DNA of 64,000 bases from Planctomycetota bacterium (GTDB taxonomy: Bacteria; Planctomycetota; UBA1135). Under the pieces are notes generated by a model. The model was given only the letters and a program-made list of their open reading frames with translations. It did not search any database and was not told where the DNA came from. The position numbers and the translations under genes were made by a program. This document shows positions 8,962 through 20,200 of the stretch, piece by piece. Location of the stretch: the NCBI GenBank assembly GCA_045047305.1, contig JASFYO010000003.1, forward strand, positions 64,001-128,000, written 5' to 3'. Positions within the stretch are counted from its first letter, which is position 1. Each line of letters begins with the position of its first letter.

Positions 8962-11013
8962 TTATTGAATCGTTGCTGTCACCGTATTGGATTTGATCGA
9001 GTTCACTCCGCCGAGACCGCGCGGAATCACCACCTGTATGTGGACGTCAATCAATGGAGCTAATGCTGGCACCTGAATGGTTAGGGCAGCGATTCCGCTT
9101 CCATTCGCGATAGCATTTCCAGCTATCGTAACTGGTGAGAGAAGGTCGAGGCAAAGCCCGCCGAGTGCGACTGGGCATGGGCCAGCTCCTGTTCCCACTA
9201 AACTGTAAGCAAAGGTCAAGGTCTCTGCAGGCACGGCGCCATCGGCAGTCAGGGTGGCGGATTGTGCACGCAGGAGCGGGCTCACATTGAGAGTTAGGCC
9301 TCCTGGGACATCGGAAAGGCATGCAGAAAGCTCCGAAGTATTGCCGCTGCTTTGCTGCGTTGCGGTGGCGGTGATAAACCAACCGCTTGGAGTCGTGATT
9401 GGGAATGAGGTATGAAAGGACGCTTGCCCTGAAGAGTCGGTTGTGACTGAAATCGTTCCAAGGAAGACTTCGCTTTCTCCGAAGCCGGATGGGTCGCACT
9501 GCGAAGAGCTAAAGAAATCTAGGTCGAAACTTAATGACGCCCTGCTGTTTAGCGTTCCCATCACGGTGGTGGAGTTGGTTTGGAAAGTCACTTGTTGCAG
9601 AACTGGGTAGTTTTGCAAGCCATTCGCGCCGCCATCCGAATCACCGGGATCGTTGGTGGTCGGGCCTGGTGTGCCAAGGCCAACTAAGAGGTCGATGCCC
9701 AAGGCTCCGTTATCGTGCATGCGGTTGCCGCGTAAGGAAGCACCTTCGATTGCTGAGTCCACTTGAATCCCCGAAGTCTCCGAGAAAGCAATGATGTTTG
9801 CCTCTCCAGGAAGAATTCCACCTACAGTGATTGGAGAAGAAGAAAACGGCCAGCGATCGATGAAGATGCCTTGCCGGTTGGGTAAAGGCAGTAAGCCACT
9901 TGCATCGGTTCCAATGATGTTTCCTTGAAAGATGGAGGCATCACAGGATCCATAAACATGGATGGCATTTCCAAATCGAATCCCGGCGGAGTGGTTAATC
10001 CCGACCACAAAAATGCCGCTAATCAGGTTGTCACGCACGATAGTGCCGGGAGATTCTCTAACTTGAATACCAGTTGCTCCAAGTTGCTGGGTTGGGATAC
10101 TCACACCATCCGCATTCACTCCAATGTAGTTGCCTTCAATCAGGGTATCGAAGGAGTATTCGACATTCACCATGCCGCCGGTGGGGAAGCCCTCGGAACT
10201 GTATTCTCCAGCACCACGAATGACATTGCGTTCGGCGACGGAAGGGCCTCCAATGCGATTGTTGATGGCATCGTTATTCGGGCAACAAGTTGGTGTCCGC
10301 ACTTCCACTGCGAAACCATTTCCTGACAAGGTGTTGGCAATCACAACATTGTCGCGCGCCGGGCCATCGATGCGCACGCCAGCATTCCCTGAAGATAAAA
10401 TGTTGCCTTCCCCGGGATTGGTACCGCCAATAATATTCCCGGTGGCAGGTGGACCGCCAAACAATCCCGTGATGTAGACCGCAGCAAAATTAGCTCCCCA
10501 AATATTGCAGCCAATCACCTGGTTGTTATTGCCACCAATACGAATGCCATAGCCATGCAGGATCACGCGATCAAGGCCAATGATGACGCAACTATCCCCA
10601 CCAATATAAATCGCGGCTGCACCAGCTGCTGGTGGGGTGGTTCGAATTCCAACTTCATTGCCGAATGGATTGGTGTTGCCAGTGAACACTGTTTGGGTGC
10701 TAAAGTCGACGGTAGTTTGGTCGTCGGAAAGGAAAAAAGAATCGAAATCCATGAATAGAATGGCCACGCCTCCACTCCATTCGTTGCTCGCCGTGTTTGG
10801 AATCGCAAAGGCAATCGTTTGCGGCCCAGGAGTATTGTTGGCCGCGGTGCAGGCTTCACGGAAGGAAACTAAGCCATCTGGGCCAGGCAGGTCGGCCAGT
10901 TGCTGAGCGCCGCCAAAGTCAACAAAATCGTCGGTCATGGTGACAGTTGCGGTTTGTGCGCTTACTGACGAGGCGCCAAGCAGCCCAAAAAGAAGGGGGA
11001 GAATGATTTTCAT
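8962..11013 (-). CDS. Secreted parallel beta-helix repeat protein with C-terminal beta-sandwich domain
   Basis: Signal peptide ending VSA|Q; repeated GNIIGGT/GNYIGV/GNIIGTD motifs; DGGANGLQNYPVL; SGNTSELS. Confidence 0.85.
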   Translation of the reverse strand: MKIILPLLFGLLGASSVSAQTATVTMTDDFVDFGGAQQLADLPGPDGLVSFREACTAANNTPGPQTIAFAIPNTASNEWSGGVAILFMDFDSFFLSDDQTTVDFSTQTVFTGNTNPFGNEVGIRTTPPAAGAAAIYIGGDSCVIIGLDRVILHGYGIRIGGNNNQVIGCNIWGANFAAVYITGLFGGPPATGNIIGGTNPGEGNILSSGNAGVRIDGPARDNVVIANTLSGNGFAVEVRTPTCCPNNDAINNRIGGPSVAERNVIRGAGEYSSEGFPTGGMVNVEYSFDTLIEGNYIGVNADGVSIPTQQLGATGIQVRESPGTIVRDNLISGIFVVGINHSAGIRFGNAIHVYGSCDASIFQGNIIGTDASGLLPLPNRQGIFIDRWPFSSSPITVGGILPGEANIIAFSETSGIQVDSAIEGASLRGNRMHDNGALGIDLLVGLGTPGPTTNDPGDSDGGANGLQNYPVLQQVTFQTNSTTVMGTLNSRASLSFDLDFFSSSQCDPSGFGESEVFLGTISVTTDSSGQASFHTSFPITTPSGWFITATATQQSSGNTSELSACLSDVPGGLTLNVSPLLRAQSATLTADGAVPAETLTFAYSLVGTGAGPCPVALGGLCLDLLSPVTIAGNAIANGSGIAALTIQVPALAPLIDVHIQVVIPRGLGGVNSIKSNTVTATIQ

Positions 11014-11115
11014 GGTAAAGAGGTGTTCTGAGGGGATAAGCGTGCGCCCGGCGGGGTTTCCCCCATGGATTCGAAGATTCTCCCCAGGTAGAACGACTGC
11101 TAAACTGCCGCTTCC

Positions 11116-14100
11116 ATGCTTTTCCTTTCCGCTCTTCTACTTTACGCCCTGCCGCAGCAGTCCCTAGAGGGTCAGCTGCCGAAGCAGGACCTCGGGGTCG
11201 CCGCGTTTTTGGCTGCGCACCCGGAATACGATGGTCGTGGCATTCGTGTTGCGGTGCTCGACACCGGCATTGACCCTGGCCACCCGTTCTTGCAAAAGAC
11301 ACCGGATGGGCGACGCAAGTTGGTCGACTGGTACGACGCCACCACCGATGGTCGCATGGACACCAGCATGGTGGTTGAGTTAGATGGCAACGGCAAAACC
11401 ATCGGACTTAGTGGTCGTGAGCTAGATCTTGGCCATTATCAAAGTTCTGGCTCGGTGCACCTCGGTCGTATCGGTGCGGAGTTTTTACCGGGTGGCTTGA
11501 GTGGTCGCATGAACGCACAACGCAAAGCCAAGTGGCAGGTTGAGGCGAATAAGTACGAGGAAGCGGTCACCCGTTTGGAAGCGAATGGTACCTCGGTCGA
11601 TGAGGAGTCCGCTTCTGAAACCGAAGCCCAACGTCATTTTGATTCATTTACGGATCCCGGTGTGGTTTACGACGTTGTCGTCTTCAAACAAGCGGGCAAA
11701 TGGAAAGTCGTCATCGACTCCGATGAAGATGGCGACCTCGATGAGGAAACCGCGCTCGGAGGTTTCCGCGAAACCGGAGACTGGGCTACGCTCGGTGATT
11801 CTTCTAATATGAATTACGCGGTGAAGGTTTCCGAAGATGGAAATCTCACTACCTTGCTGTTTGACACCCATGGTCATGGCACCCACGTGGCAGGCATTAT
11901 TGGAAGTTATGAGGGACCGAATGGTCGTTTGAATGGCATCGCTCCTGGAGTGGAACTCGTCGCGATTAAAATTGGAGATGGCAAGTTTGGCGGCAGTACC
12001 AGCGGTTTTGCAGTAGCCAAAGCCATGGATATTGCAGTGGAGGCCGGTTGCCAAATCGCCAACATGTCTTTCGGTGGACCAAGCTTTTACGCGGATGGCA
12101 ATGAACCCGACGCCTGGGTGATTGATGAAGCAGCTAAGCGTGGATTGATTTTGGTGACGTCGGCCGGCAACGAAGGCCCCGCGCTCTCCACGGTTGGGGC
12201 ACCTGGAACGACTGAATCGGCATTTTCGATTGCAGCCGCGGTTTGGCCCGACACCCAGAAGGTGAACTACGGTTCTTTGAATCCTAGCCAGCCGGTGCTG
12301 TTCGATTTCTCATCGCGTGGGCCACTGCCCAACGGCGATCTCGGCGTGGACTTTACCGCTCCAGGCGCCGCACTCAGCTCGCTCCCATCTTGGACTTTGT
12401 CCAAGGGTGAAAACTGGAACGGCACATCGATGGCCGCTCCACAAATGGCCGGCTGCGTTGCGCTACTGCGTTGTGCAGCAACTCAAGAAGGGCTCGCGCA
12501 AACTCCCGCGCGCATTTACCGCGCTATGCGTTTGGCAGCAGAAAAACTGCCGCAACACGATTGGGTGGAAGTCGGGCATGGTGCCATCGACATGGAACGT
12601 AGTTTGGTTGCCTTACGCAATCTTGCCGAAGGTGCAGAAGGGGAGCAGTCCTTTACCGTCAGCATTAACAATCCCTTCGGAATTGGCGAGGGCATTTACC
12701 TGCGTGGGTTGCCATCCACGGAGCCTTTTGAGCGTCGGATTAACATTACTCCAGATTTTGATTTAGAAGACAGCAACGCCAGCCGTTCCGATTTCCTGCG
12801 CACCTTTCGTTTGGTTTCGGAATCCGATTGGGTGCAGGTGCCCGATGCCATGTACACCAGCTCACATGGTTCCGGCTTCAACGCGCGCATAAACCCTGAA
12901 GGTTTAGAGCATGGCCTTTACAGCACCCGTATTCTCGCTTACGACGATGCGAAGCCTGAAAACGCCGGTCCAGATTTAGTCATTCCAGTCACCGTGGTCG
13001 TTCCGATGGAAGCCGATGAACTCGGCGAAGCCTGGAATAGTTTTGAGCTTGGCCCCGGCGATCTCGGCCGCACTTTTTTGCAAGTGCCGCAAGGTGCAAG
13101 CGTGGTGCATTTGCGCGTCACGCAGCACGGTGGTGGCGACAATGAGTTTCGCACCGGCGCTGGTTCGGTCAGCGGTTTTCTATACTCCGGGGATCGTCAA
13201 CGTCGTGGCCGTTTTATCTTGAGCGACAACGAAAGCTACGAAACCACGATTCCGGTCGAAGCCGGAACCGTGTTCGAATATGCCATGGGTGCACGTTGGG
13301 CGACCAACATACAAACGGAAGTCGAGTTGCATTTCCGTTTTGAAGGAGTGCAGCCGCAATACGCAGAGTTTGAAGTGCCAGCTGGTCAAGACACCGGCTT
13401 CTTCGGTTTTGCCTCTTACTTGCGTGATGCTAACGGCCTTCGCGTTGCGGCATCAATTGATGGCGTGGCATCGCCCGTGGTCGCAGAAATGAAAATCATT
13501 GAGGATCCAATCCGCAGCACCATCATGGGGGGATACGGAATGTTCCAGGGCATTGTTGAATGGAGTGCCGAAGTGCCAGAGGGGACCAGTAAAGTTTCCT
13601 TGTACACTCCGCGTTCGATTCAAACCACCGAGTGGCGTGAGGACCTTGCCTTAGAAATCTTCGACGAGGCCGATGCCGTGGTGGGGCGTTTCATCGCTTA
13701 TGAAACCGAAACCGATTTGGGCCATTTGGATCCCGGCAAGTACCACTTTCGTTTGAGTTACCCTAGTCTTGGCGCCGCTGCTTTGCATGCGCGCTTTGCC
13801 GGTGCCGAACTTCGTTTCTACGACAGTCCGGGCGCAATGACTTTGTACCCGAATCTGACTTCGGCCATTGCCGAGTCTGGCGCAAGTAGTCGCATGAATA
13901 TTCCCTTTGGAGGAGCACGCAGCGTGTTTGCACGTTTGCCGGAACTCGAGGATCTGGAGAATGGACAGCGCTACTTCGGTTCGGTGAGCGTGAAGTCGGG
14001 CGACCACACCTTGCTTTCGGTACCGCTTTCGATTGCACGCCCAACCGCTCCACAGACTGGGCCCAAGGATTGGGCTCTCACCGAAGCCGATGAACCTTGC

Positions 14101-14343
14101 GAGGAGCATGCCAAGTGGTCAGAGGCTAAGTCTGCTGGCGAAACCAAGCCGGTGGCATGGATTTCTGCTGCTCGCGATTGGGCAAGCGCCGAGCCGCTCA
14201 ACTTCGAAGCCACCCTCGCGGTTTACGAAGCCTTGGTCAGCGCAGGCCTGCCGGAAGTCGCCAAGCGCGATGCTGTCGGATTCCTTGCTAGCTTCCCCAA
14301 CCGCGTCGAAGAGTTTCGCGCAGCTGCTAAGAGCTGGAACTAA
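11116..14343 (+). CDS. S8 subtilisin-family serine peptidase, tripeptidyl-peptidase II-like
   Basis: HPEYDGRGIRVAVLDTGIDP (Asp), HGHGTHVAGI (His), NGTSMAAP (Ser); long insert between Asp and His as in TPPII. Confidence 0.9.
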   Translation: MLFLSALLLYALPQQSLEGQLPKQDLGVAAFLAAHPEYDGRGIRVAVLDTGIDPGHPFLQKTPDGRRKLVDWYDATTDGRMDTSMVVELDGNGKTIGLSGRELDLGHYQSSGSVHLGRIGAEFLPGGLSGRMNAQRKAKWQVEANKYEEAVTRLEANGTSVDEESASETEAQRHFDSFTDPGVVYDVVVFKQAGKWKVVIDSDEDGDLDEETALGGFRETGDWATLGDSSNMNYAVKVSEDGNLTTLLFDTHGHGTHVAGIIGSYEGPNGRLNGIAPGVELVAIKIGDGKFGGSTSGFAVAKAMDIAVEAGCQIANMSFGGPSFYADGNEPDAWVIDEAAKRGLILVTSAGNEGPALSTVGAPGTTESAFSIAAAVWPDTQKVNYGSLNPSQPVLFDFSSRGPLPNGDLGVDFTAPGAALSSLPSWTLSKGENWNGTSMAAPQMAGCVALLRCAATQEGLAQTPARIYRAMRLAAEKLPQHDWVEVGHGAIDMERSLVALRNLAEGAEGEQSFTVSINNPFGIGEGIYLRGLPSTEPFERRINITPDFDLEDSNASRSDFLRTFRLVSESDWVQVPDAMYTSSHGSGFNARINPEGLEHGLYSTRILAYDDAKPENAGPDLVIPVTVVVPMEADELGEAWNSFELGPGDLGRTFLQVPQGASVVHLRVTQHGGGDNEFRTGAGSVSGFLYSGDRQRRGRFILSDNESYETTIPVEAGTVFEYAMGARWATNIQTEVELHFRFEGVQPQYAEFEVPAGQDTGFFGFASYLRDANGLRVAASIDGVASPVVAEMKIIEDPIRSTIMGGYGMFQGIVEWSAEVPEGTSKVSLYTPRSIQTTEWREDLALEIFDEADAVVGRFIAYETETDLGHLDPGKYHFRLSYPSLGAAALHARFAGAELRFYDSPGAMTLYPNLTSAIAESGASSRMNIPFGGARSVFARLPELEDLENGQRYFGSVSVKSGDHTLLSVPLSIARPTAPQTGPKDWALTEADEPCEEHAKWSEAKSAGETKPVAWISAARDWASAEPLNFEATLAVYEALVSAGLPEVAKRDAVGFLASFPNRVEEFRAAAKSWN

Positions 14344-14350
14344 AGCGCAA

Positions 14351-15484
14351 ATGCAACCGCGTCTAGCCCTGTGTGGGAATGTGTTTCCTGCGGATGGGCC
14401 GGGCGCGGTTTTAGCTGCATTGCGCGGACCGGTACGCGCGTGGACCGATGGTCTTAAAGAGGAAGGGCAAACTGGACCATTCGGTTTTGGCCTTCATTTC
14501 TCCGCGCGTGCAGCTGCTGAAATCGCCGCATCGAAACCACTGCTTCTTGAAATCAAGCAAGCGATGGCGGATGCCGATGTCATAGCATGGACTGCCAATG
14601 CATTTCCCTTTGGCGATTTCCATGCAAGCTTGGTGAAGGAGTCCGCCTTCCTCCCGGACTGGAGTTCGCCGCAACGATCCGAGTTCACCATGCAAGTGGC
14701 GCATCTACTTGCCGAGCTCGCTCCGGACGATGACCGCCCCTTATCCATTTCCACCTGCCCGATCGGATATGGAACTGCAGCACTCGAGCACCCGGATACG
14801 CTCAAGCATTTACTGTTCACCGCTGCGTGCTTGCAACATTTAGGCAAGCAATACCGTCGCGATTTCATCCTCGCGATTGAGCCCGAGCCCGATGGCAACT
14901 TTGAGCGCGTCAGTGATTTAGCGAACTGGTTGTACCACCACATACCGGCGGACTTACTTCCACAACTCGGCGTGTGCTGGGATTTATGTCACGGAGCCGT
15001 TGTGGGAGAATCCGCAGCCGAGGTTTTGGAGACTCTGCACAACACTGGAGTGCGCGTTGGCAAGGTGCAGATCTCTTCGGCGCTGGCAATCCCCGGCAAC
15101 CCAAGCGCAGAATCACTCGCGCTTTTGCAGTCGCTCACCGCCGATCCATATCTGCATCAAGTCAGAGGAGATAACTCGGAGGGGGTGGCGTCGTCCATGC
15201 CCGACATGCCAGCCTTCCTGGAGCTCCCAGACGCCTCCCAGTGGTCGAACCTCCGCGTGCATTGCCACGTTCCAGTTTCGCGCTCCGAGTACCCCGGAGG
15301 CCTTCAAGGGACGCCGTGGAAAGAGGCCGTGGGCCAATGCTTGAACGCCGGCATCCGCGACTTCGAGCTCGAAACTTACACCCTGCCGGTGCTGCCGGCG
15401 GAGTTTCTGGCCGAACGTGGGCAGGTCGGCACCATGGTCGATGAAAGTTTGTCGTGTATTCAGGCTCTCACGCTTGACACTTAA
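14351..15484 (+). CDS. eboE: EboE-like metabolite traffic protein (xylose isomerase-like TIM barrel)
   Basis: LALCGNVFPA, TANAFPFGDFH...VKE...PDW, AIEPEPD, CWDLCHGAV, GKVQISSAL, YLHQV, RVHCHVP, ELETYT. Confidence 0.85.
   Translation: MQPRLALCGNVFPADGPGAVLAALRGPVRAWTDGLKEEGQTGPFGFGLHFSARAAAEIAASKPLLLEIKQAMADADVIAWTANAFPFGDFHASLVKESAFLPDWSSPQRSEFTMQVAHLLAELAPDDDRPLSISTCPIGYGTAALEHPDTLKHLLFTAACLQHLGKQYRRDFILAIEPEPDGNFERVSDLANWLYHHIPADLLPQLGVCWDLCHGAVVGESAAEVLETLHNTGVRVGKVQISSALAIPGNPSAESLALLQSLTADPYLHQVRGDNSEGVASSMPDMPAFLELPDASQWSNLRVHCHVPVSRSEYPGGLQGTPWKEAVGQCLNAGIRDFELETYTLPVLPAEFLAERGQVGTMVDESLSCIQALTLDT
15344..15480 (+). repeat. Direct repeat copy 1 (137 bp, 3' end of eboE)
   Basis: Matches 20789-20925 with 3 synonymous mismatches (15355, 15361, 15385); 15386-15480 identical. 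Confidence 0.97.
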
Positions 15485-15575
15485 GGCTTGCAACTACGTG
15501 TAGGCAGAATGGAGGGCAAAAGAATCAGCCAATTCCATGAAATTGTTGATATTTCAAGTGTAGACTTCAACTGTT

Positions 15576-17186
15576 ATGCCGGGAACCATTAGCCACCTAA
15601 GTATTCTTTGCTCCGTATTCTTGTTGGTGCAAAGCCTTTCTGCCCAGGTTTATCAGTTTGAATTAGAACTTCCGAACCCAATTCCATTAGCCCAACTTTC
15701 CGATATTGATGGGGATGGCATCCCTGAGTATCTGGCGCAAGGATTGAATGCCCAAGGCGTGTTGAGCGGCCAGATTTACTCGATTGCTCGGGAAGAGGTT
15801 TTAGTGGAGTGGGCAACGCTGGATACAGATGGCATGGTTCTTTCTGGTTTGGGAGATGGCTACGATTTAAATGGCGACGGTTTTTTTGATGTGGTTTTTG
15901 CGGAGAGTAACGGCTTGACTGGTGAGGCCGAATTAGAAGCTCGTGATGGCCGTACCGGTGCAGTGCTTTGGCACCGCAGTGATTTTCATCTTCCTGCTCG
16001 ATTGCTTCGAACGCCAGCTGCAATAGGTGATCGCAACGGAGACGGAGTCATCGACTTCGTCCAACCTATCGCTGGTGGTGAAGTTGTCCACTTTTCTGGG
16101 GCAGACGGCACTACCTTGCAACGCAATCCAAGTGGATTCTTCAATGCTGCCGACGAATACACCAAAGCTGGGGACCTGGATCGCGACGGCATACCTGATT
16201 ATTTTGCCCAATTCTTTTTTTCTACTTGGGCCTTTTCAGGAGCTACCGATCAAATACTTTTCTCAATTCCAATTGTGCGCATTTTAGAAAGTTTAGCTTA
16301 CGTTGGAGATACCAATGGCGACGGCTTCGACGATTTTGCTTACTATCGGGTCGGTGCCAACGGCGAAGCGGAACCCATGGAGATTTGGACGGGCTCAGGT
16401 CCCGTGAAGTTAGGAGAGATTCCTGGCCATCATCCTGGCGAAAATTCCCACGCTTTTCCGATTCTTCATTATGACTGGGACGGAGACGGCACCCAGGATC
16501 TAGTGAGTTGGGGTTTAGAGGGAAGCATTCCTTATTCTTCTCCAGCTCCTCCTTATTTTCGCATCCATTCTTTTTCGCGTGGAGAAGATTTAGTGGTCTT
16601 GCCGGTGGGGCATGTTCCTAGTATTTACAACCATACTTTCGTCTACTTCCAAGAAGATTATGATGGGGATTCGAAGCCGGACCCTATTTATGGAACCAAT
16701 TCTCAGGGGGGCTTGGTGGACGTCGTTTCCCTGAAAGAGCATCTCACAGCAAATGTACCTTCCATCTCACAATCGGCTGGGGGAGTGATTGATTTTACTG
16801 TCGATGTCACCCCGCGCTTTGCTTTCCACGACGGTCTATTGCTTGTGGGAGTTGACGGTAGATACACGGGGAATGAAGTCTTTAATTCCAGCGAGTTTTG
16901 GCTTAAGTTCGGAGTTCGTTATGAATTAGCCTTGCCATTTGGTCGAGCACTTTTTACCAATCAAATTTGGCGCCTCCGCGGTAGCGGAAGATCCAAAGAA
17001 AGCCGCTTCACCCTAACTTTCGATGCCATGGGCCAAGGGCACTTAACCCTGGCTATTGCCCCTGGAGAAATCCCGTTGGATCAAGTCGGCCATAAGCTTA
17101 AGTTCGCATTCCTGTTGCCAGATGTAGATGACCCACAGTTTCCCGAAGGCACAACGGAAGCTGTCGCGATTGAGGTATTGCCTTAA
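15576..17186 (+). CDS. Secreted FG-GAP/VCBS repeat protein with C-terminal beta-sandwich domain
   Basis: Signal LSA|Q; repeated DxxxDGxxD motifs (DIDGDGIPE, DLNGDGFFD, DRNGDGVID, DLDRDGIPD, DTNGDGFDD, DWDGDGTQD, DYDGDSKPD). Confidence 0.9.
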   Translation: MPGTISHLSILCSVFLLVQSLSAQVYQFELELPNPIPLAQLSDIDGDGIPEYLAQGLNAQGVLSGQIYSIAREEVLVEWATLDTDGMVLSGLGDGYDLNGDGFFDVVFAESNGLTGEAELEARDGRTGAVLWHRSDFHLPARLLRTPAAIGDRNGDGVIDFVQPIAGGEVVHFSGADGTTLQRNPSGFFNAADEYTKAGDLDRDGIPDYFAQFFFSTWAFSGATDQILFSIPIVRILESLAYVGDTNGDGFDDFAYYRVGANGEAEPMEIWTGSGPVKLGEIPGHHPGENSHAFPILHYDWDGDGTQDLVSWGLEGSIPYSSPAPPYFRIHSFSRGEDLVVLPVGHVPSIYNHTFVYFQEDYDGDSKPDPIYGTNSQGGLVDVVSLKEHLTANVPSISQSAGGVIDFTVDVTPRFAFHDGLLLVGVDGRYTGNEVFNSSEFWLKFGVRYELALPFGRALFTNQIWRLRGSGRSKESRFTLTFDAMGQGHLTLAIAPGEIPLDQVGHKLKFAFLLPDVDDPQFPEGTTEAVAIEVLP

Positions 17187-17216
17187 TCGCATTTCTTTTT
17201 CGAAACCCATTCCATC

Positions 17217-20200
17217 ATGATTTTAGCAGCCCTTTTTTCGTCTGCCTTTCTAACCCTTTCGTGCCCGCAAGCCGAATTCTCATTTGAAGACTCGACGGTA
17301 GATGTAAAGCTTCGCGATACGAGTTCACTAATCATCAATAGTCGCTACACCTCTCAAACCCAAGACTCGCACATTATTGGCGGATCCTTTGTGGACCTCA
17401 ATGGTGACGGGTTTCCGGAATTGATTTTGCCTGCCCAGCGAAACGTTGGTTTTCCTCATTTACAGGATGAAGGTGGATTCCTAATCCTTGCTAACCTCCC
17501 GGACCCACAAAATCCGCAGGTACGTATTTTTGATAACTCTCCCTTGGAGCACGCCCCGAGTAATCCCAACTTTTTTGACACCCCGTTCCCAGGCTCTCGC
17601 GCCCACGAGGTTCAAGGAATCCTCGCCGGTGATTACAATAACGATGGCAAACTAGACTTACTGATCGTGTGTGGAGGTGAGTACAAAGCCACTCCTGGCT
17701 CGCCCACCGACATGAGCATTTTCGAAGGAGTCGTTGGTGCCGATAGCCCTGTCGACAAACCATTAAGAAACCTTCTGTATATCAATATGACAGAAACAGA
17801 AGCCGAGGTGCTTGGGGGAGGGGGCACGTTTAATCCTGCCGAATTCTCCTTTGGTTTAGTCAATTACGGAGATACGGACCCCAATGCGAATGGCGCCTTT
17901 CAGGCCTTTGATGGTCACGGAATCCAATATACGCAGGAACCATCTTCGGTAATCCCTGCCTACCAAACAACACCTTCTCAGCCGGAAGATTTTGATGTCC
18001 ATGGGATTTTGGTGAGGGATAAAACGATCTTCCCAACTCATTCTTCTGTTGCCGCTGCATCGGACATGAATCGCGATGGTCGCCTGGACCTCTTTATTGG
18101 TTCTCATCATTCTGGTGGAGGAGCAGGTGGGGGGTACAGGTCCGGCCAAATGAATGGTCTGTACTTGAACGTTGGGAATGTCGGGAAAGTCGTGACGAAG
18201 TACACCGTAATAAACGGTGCTCTTCAGGGAGGTGGAGTTTCCGTGTCTGCACTGGTTCCGCAGTTTGTAGACATCACCTATGACAGAAACAATTACCCGG
18301 AGGCTTTTCCTCCTCCGCCGGGTGGTCAGCCAGTAATCTCGACGGACTTAATTGCTTGGCAAGACTACTTGCCCCTCTTTGGTTTACAAGGGCGGTGCAA
18401 CTGCCGAGACTCCTATCTCATCCCTTGCAGTGACCCGATTAAGCGGTTCTCGGCTTTGAATTCGGTTGTCTTTACCGATGTCAATAATGATAACTGGCCA
18501 GATATGATTTTGGGTAATAAAGGATTTGGTGCAAGTTCCTTTTTCGGGCCGATTCATAGTGAATTTCCTGGAGTTGGTGGACTTTTCCCATCTTACAAAT
18601 GGATGGATCCTGATTCTATTTACATTAATCGTGGATCTCGTCTGAATCCTGCTACTGGAATCTATGAATGGCTGGGGTATTGGAATCGTGGTTGGGACCT
18701 ATTGGAATCAAGCCCCACTCCTTACCAAACCAATGCTCCAATGGGAATTGCAGTCGCTGACTACGATATGGATGGCGACATGGACTTCTATCTCTCCGAC
18801 GTCTCTTTTGACTTAGGTGAAATCGAAGATCTTTATCAGCTTGTTGGCGACCAACACATGAGCATGGGAGGGTGGTTTTTCCGAAATGAAACCCAGGTCG
18901 CTGAAGGACAATTTGAGCAGACCGATATTGCGTTTCAGTTCTCAGGCGGTGATCTCGTAGAGCCCAATGGTGCAGGTGGAGGCCAACTAGATTTACGAGG
19001 CACCTCGGTAACTCCCATGTGGTTTGGTTGGGGAGGAGCGTTTGGCGACTTTGACATGGATGGAGATATGGATTTATATGCTGGCGCTCACGGAGACCTT
19101 GGACGGCCAGACGGGGATCGCTTTCTAGAAGCCATATTCTCAGGGTCTCCCGCCTTTACGGATCCCATCAGCGGACTTCTTGTTCCCATGGAGGCCATGT
19201 GGGATAGAGTTTTCGAGAACACGCGGGCCGGAACAGATGCAGCGACCTTTAACTCTTCTGGGCATATCCAAATGGTTGATTACAATCCAGCAGAGGCTCA
19301 TGCGCCACTTTTAGATTTCCCCAACAACTATTTAGCTCCAGAAATTACCCGGCGCAACGTCACCACCAATGTTCTGTCTGGGGATTACGACCAAGATGGC
19401 TTCATTGACCTGGTGGTGCTGCCCGGAAGCTCTAGCGCTAACGGTCTTCGCTCCATGCAAGTTTTCCATGGTCTAGGCAATACGCAAGGTGCCCCTAACG
19501 GGCGACTGACGATTCGCCTTGACGGGGGAACTAGCTGTGCCTCATGTACTCAGCACGCGATTGGAGCCAAGGTCATGTTGACGGCATGGTTAGATGGCAC
19601 AACCCCCATGACGCAAACTCGTGAGTTGCGGATCGGTGGCGCCAATGGTGCAACCACAGACAGCCTTCCGTTGGAGTTTGGTGTTGGTTTGCATCCCGTT
19701 GGAACGTCGATTGGTTACACCGTGTTATGGCCCTGCGGGTCTGAGGAAAGCGGAACGCTCACTGGGTCTGCAACCATCACGCACACCACTTGTCCTCCTC
19801 CGATTGCTTGGGATGTGTTTGTCGCAGTGCCTCCTTTCCAACCTTTCGATGTGAGTGATGCCACAGTTCCAATCCAAGTGATGGCTCAGCTCTCGGTTTC
19901 CGGAGGCGGTGGGCTTGAGGCTTTAGGCATTGCTGCTTCTGAGTTGTCGATGCGTAATAGTGGTAGTGGAGATTCCTTCTTTCCTGTCGGAATGGACCAT
20001 CTATTCACGGATTTCACCGGGTCGCAATCCGGTCCATTGGGGCTTCCGCAAGGAGGGTATTTCCGCTTTGATGTAACACCAATTCGTTATCCGGTTGATT
20101 TGGATGCCCAGGGCTTCCCCATTGCAACCGATTACGATTTGCGGGTTCGTTCTTGGAACCGAGCTTTGGATTCTTCGGAAGCCGATTCCTCTACCGGGCT

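Noticed and set aside
14033..14350. N-terminal extensions in the ORF track (14033, 23526, 38660, 46336, 48298, 54801)
   Set aside because: They overlap real neighbouring genes; homology, signal peptides or promoter spacing support the downstream starts
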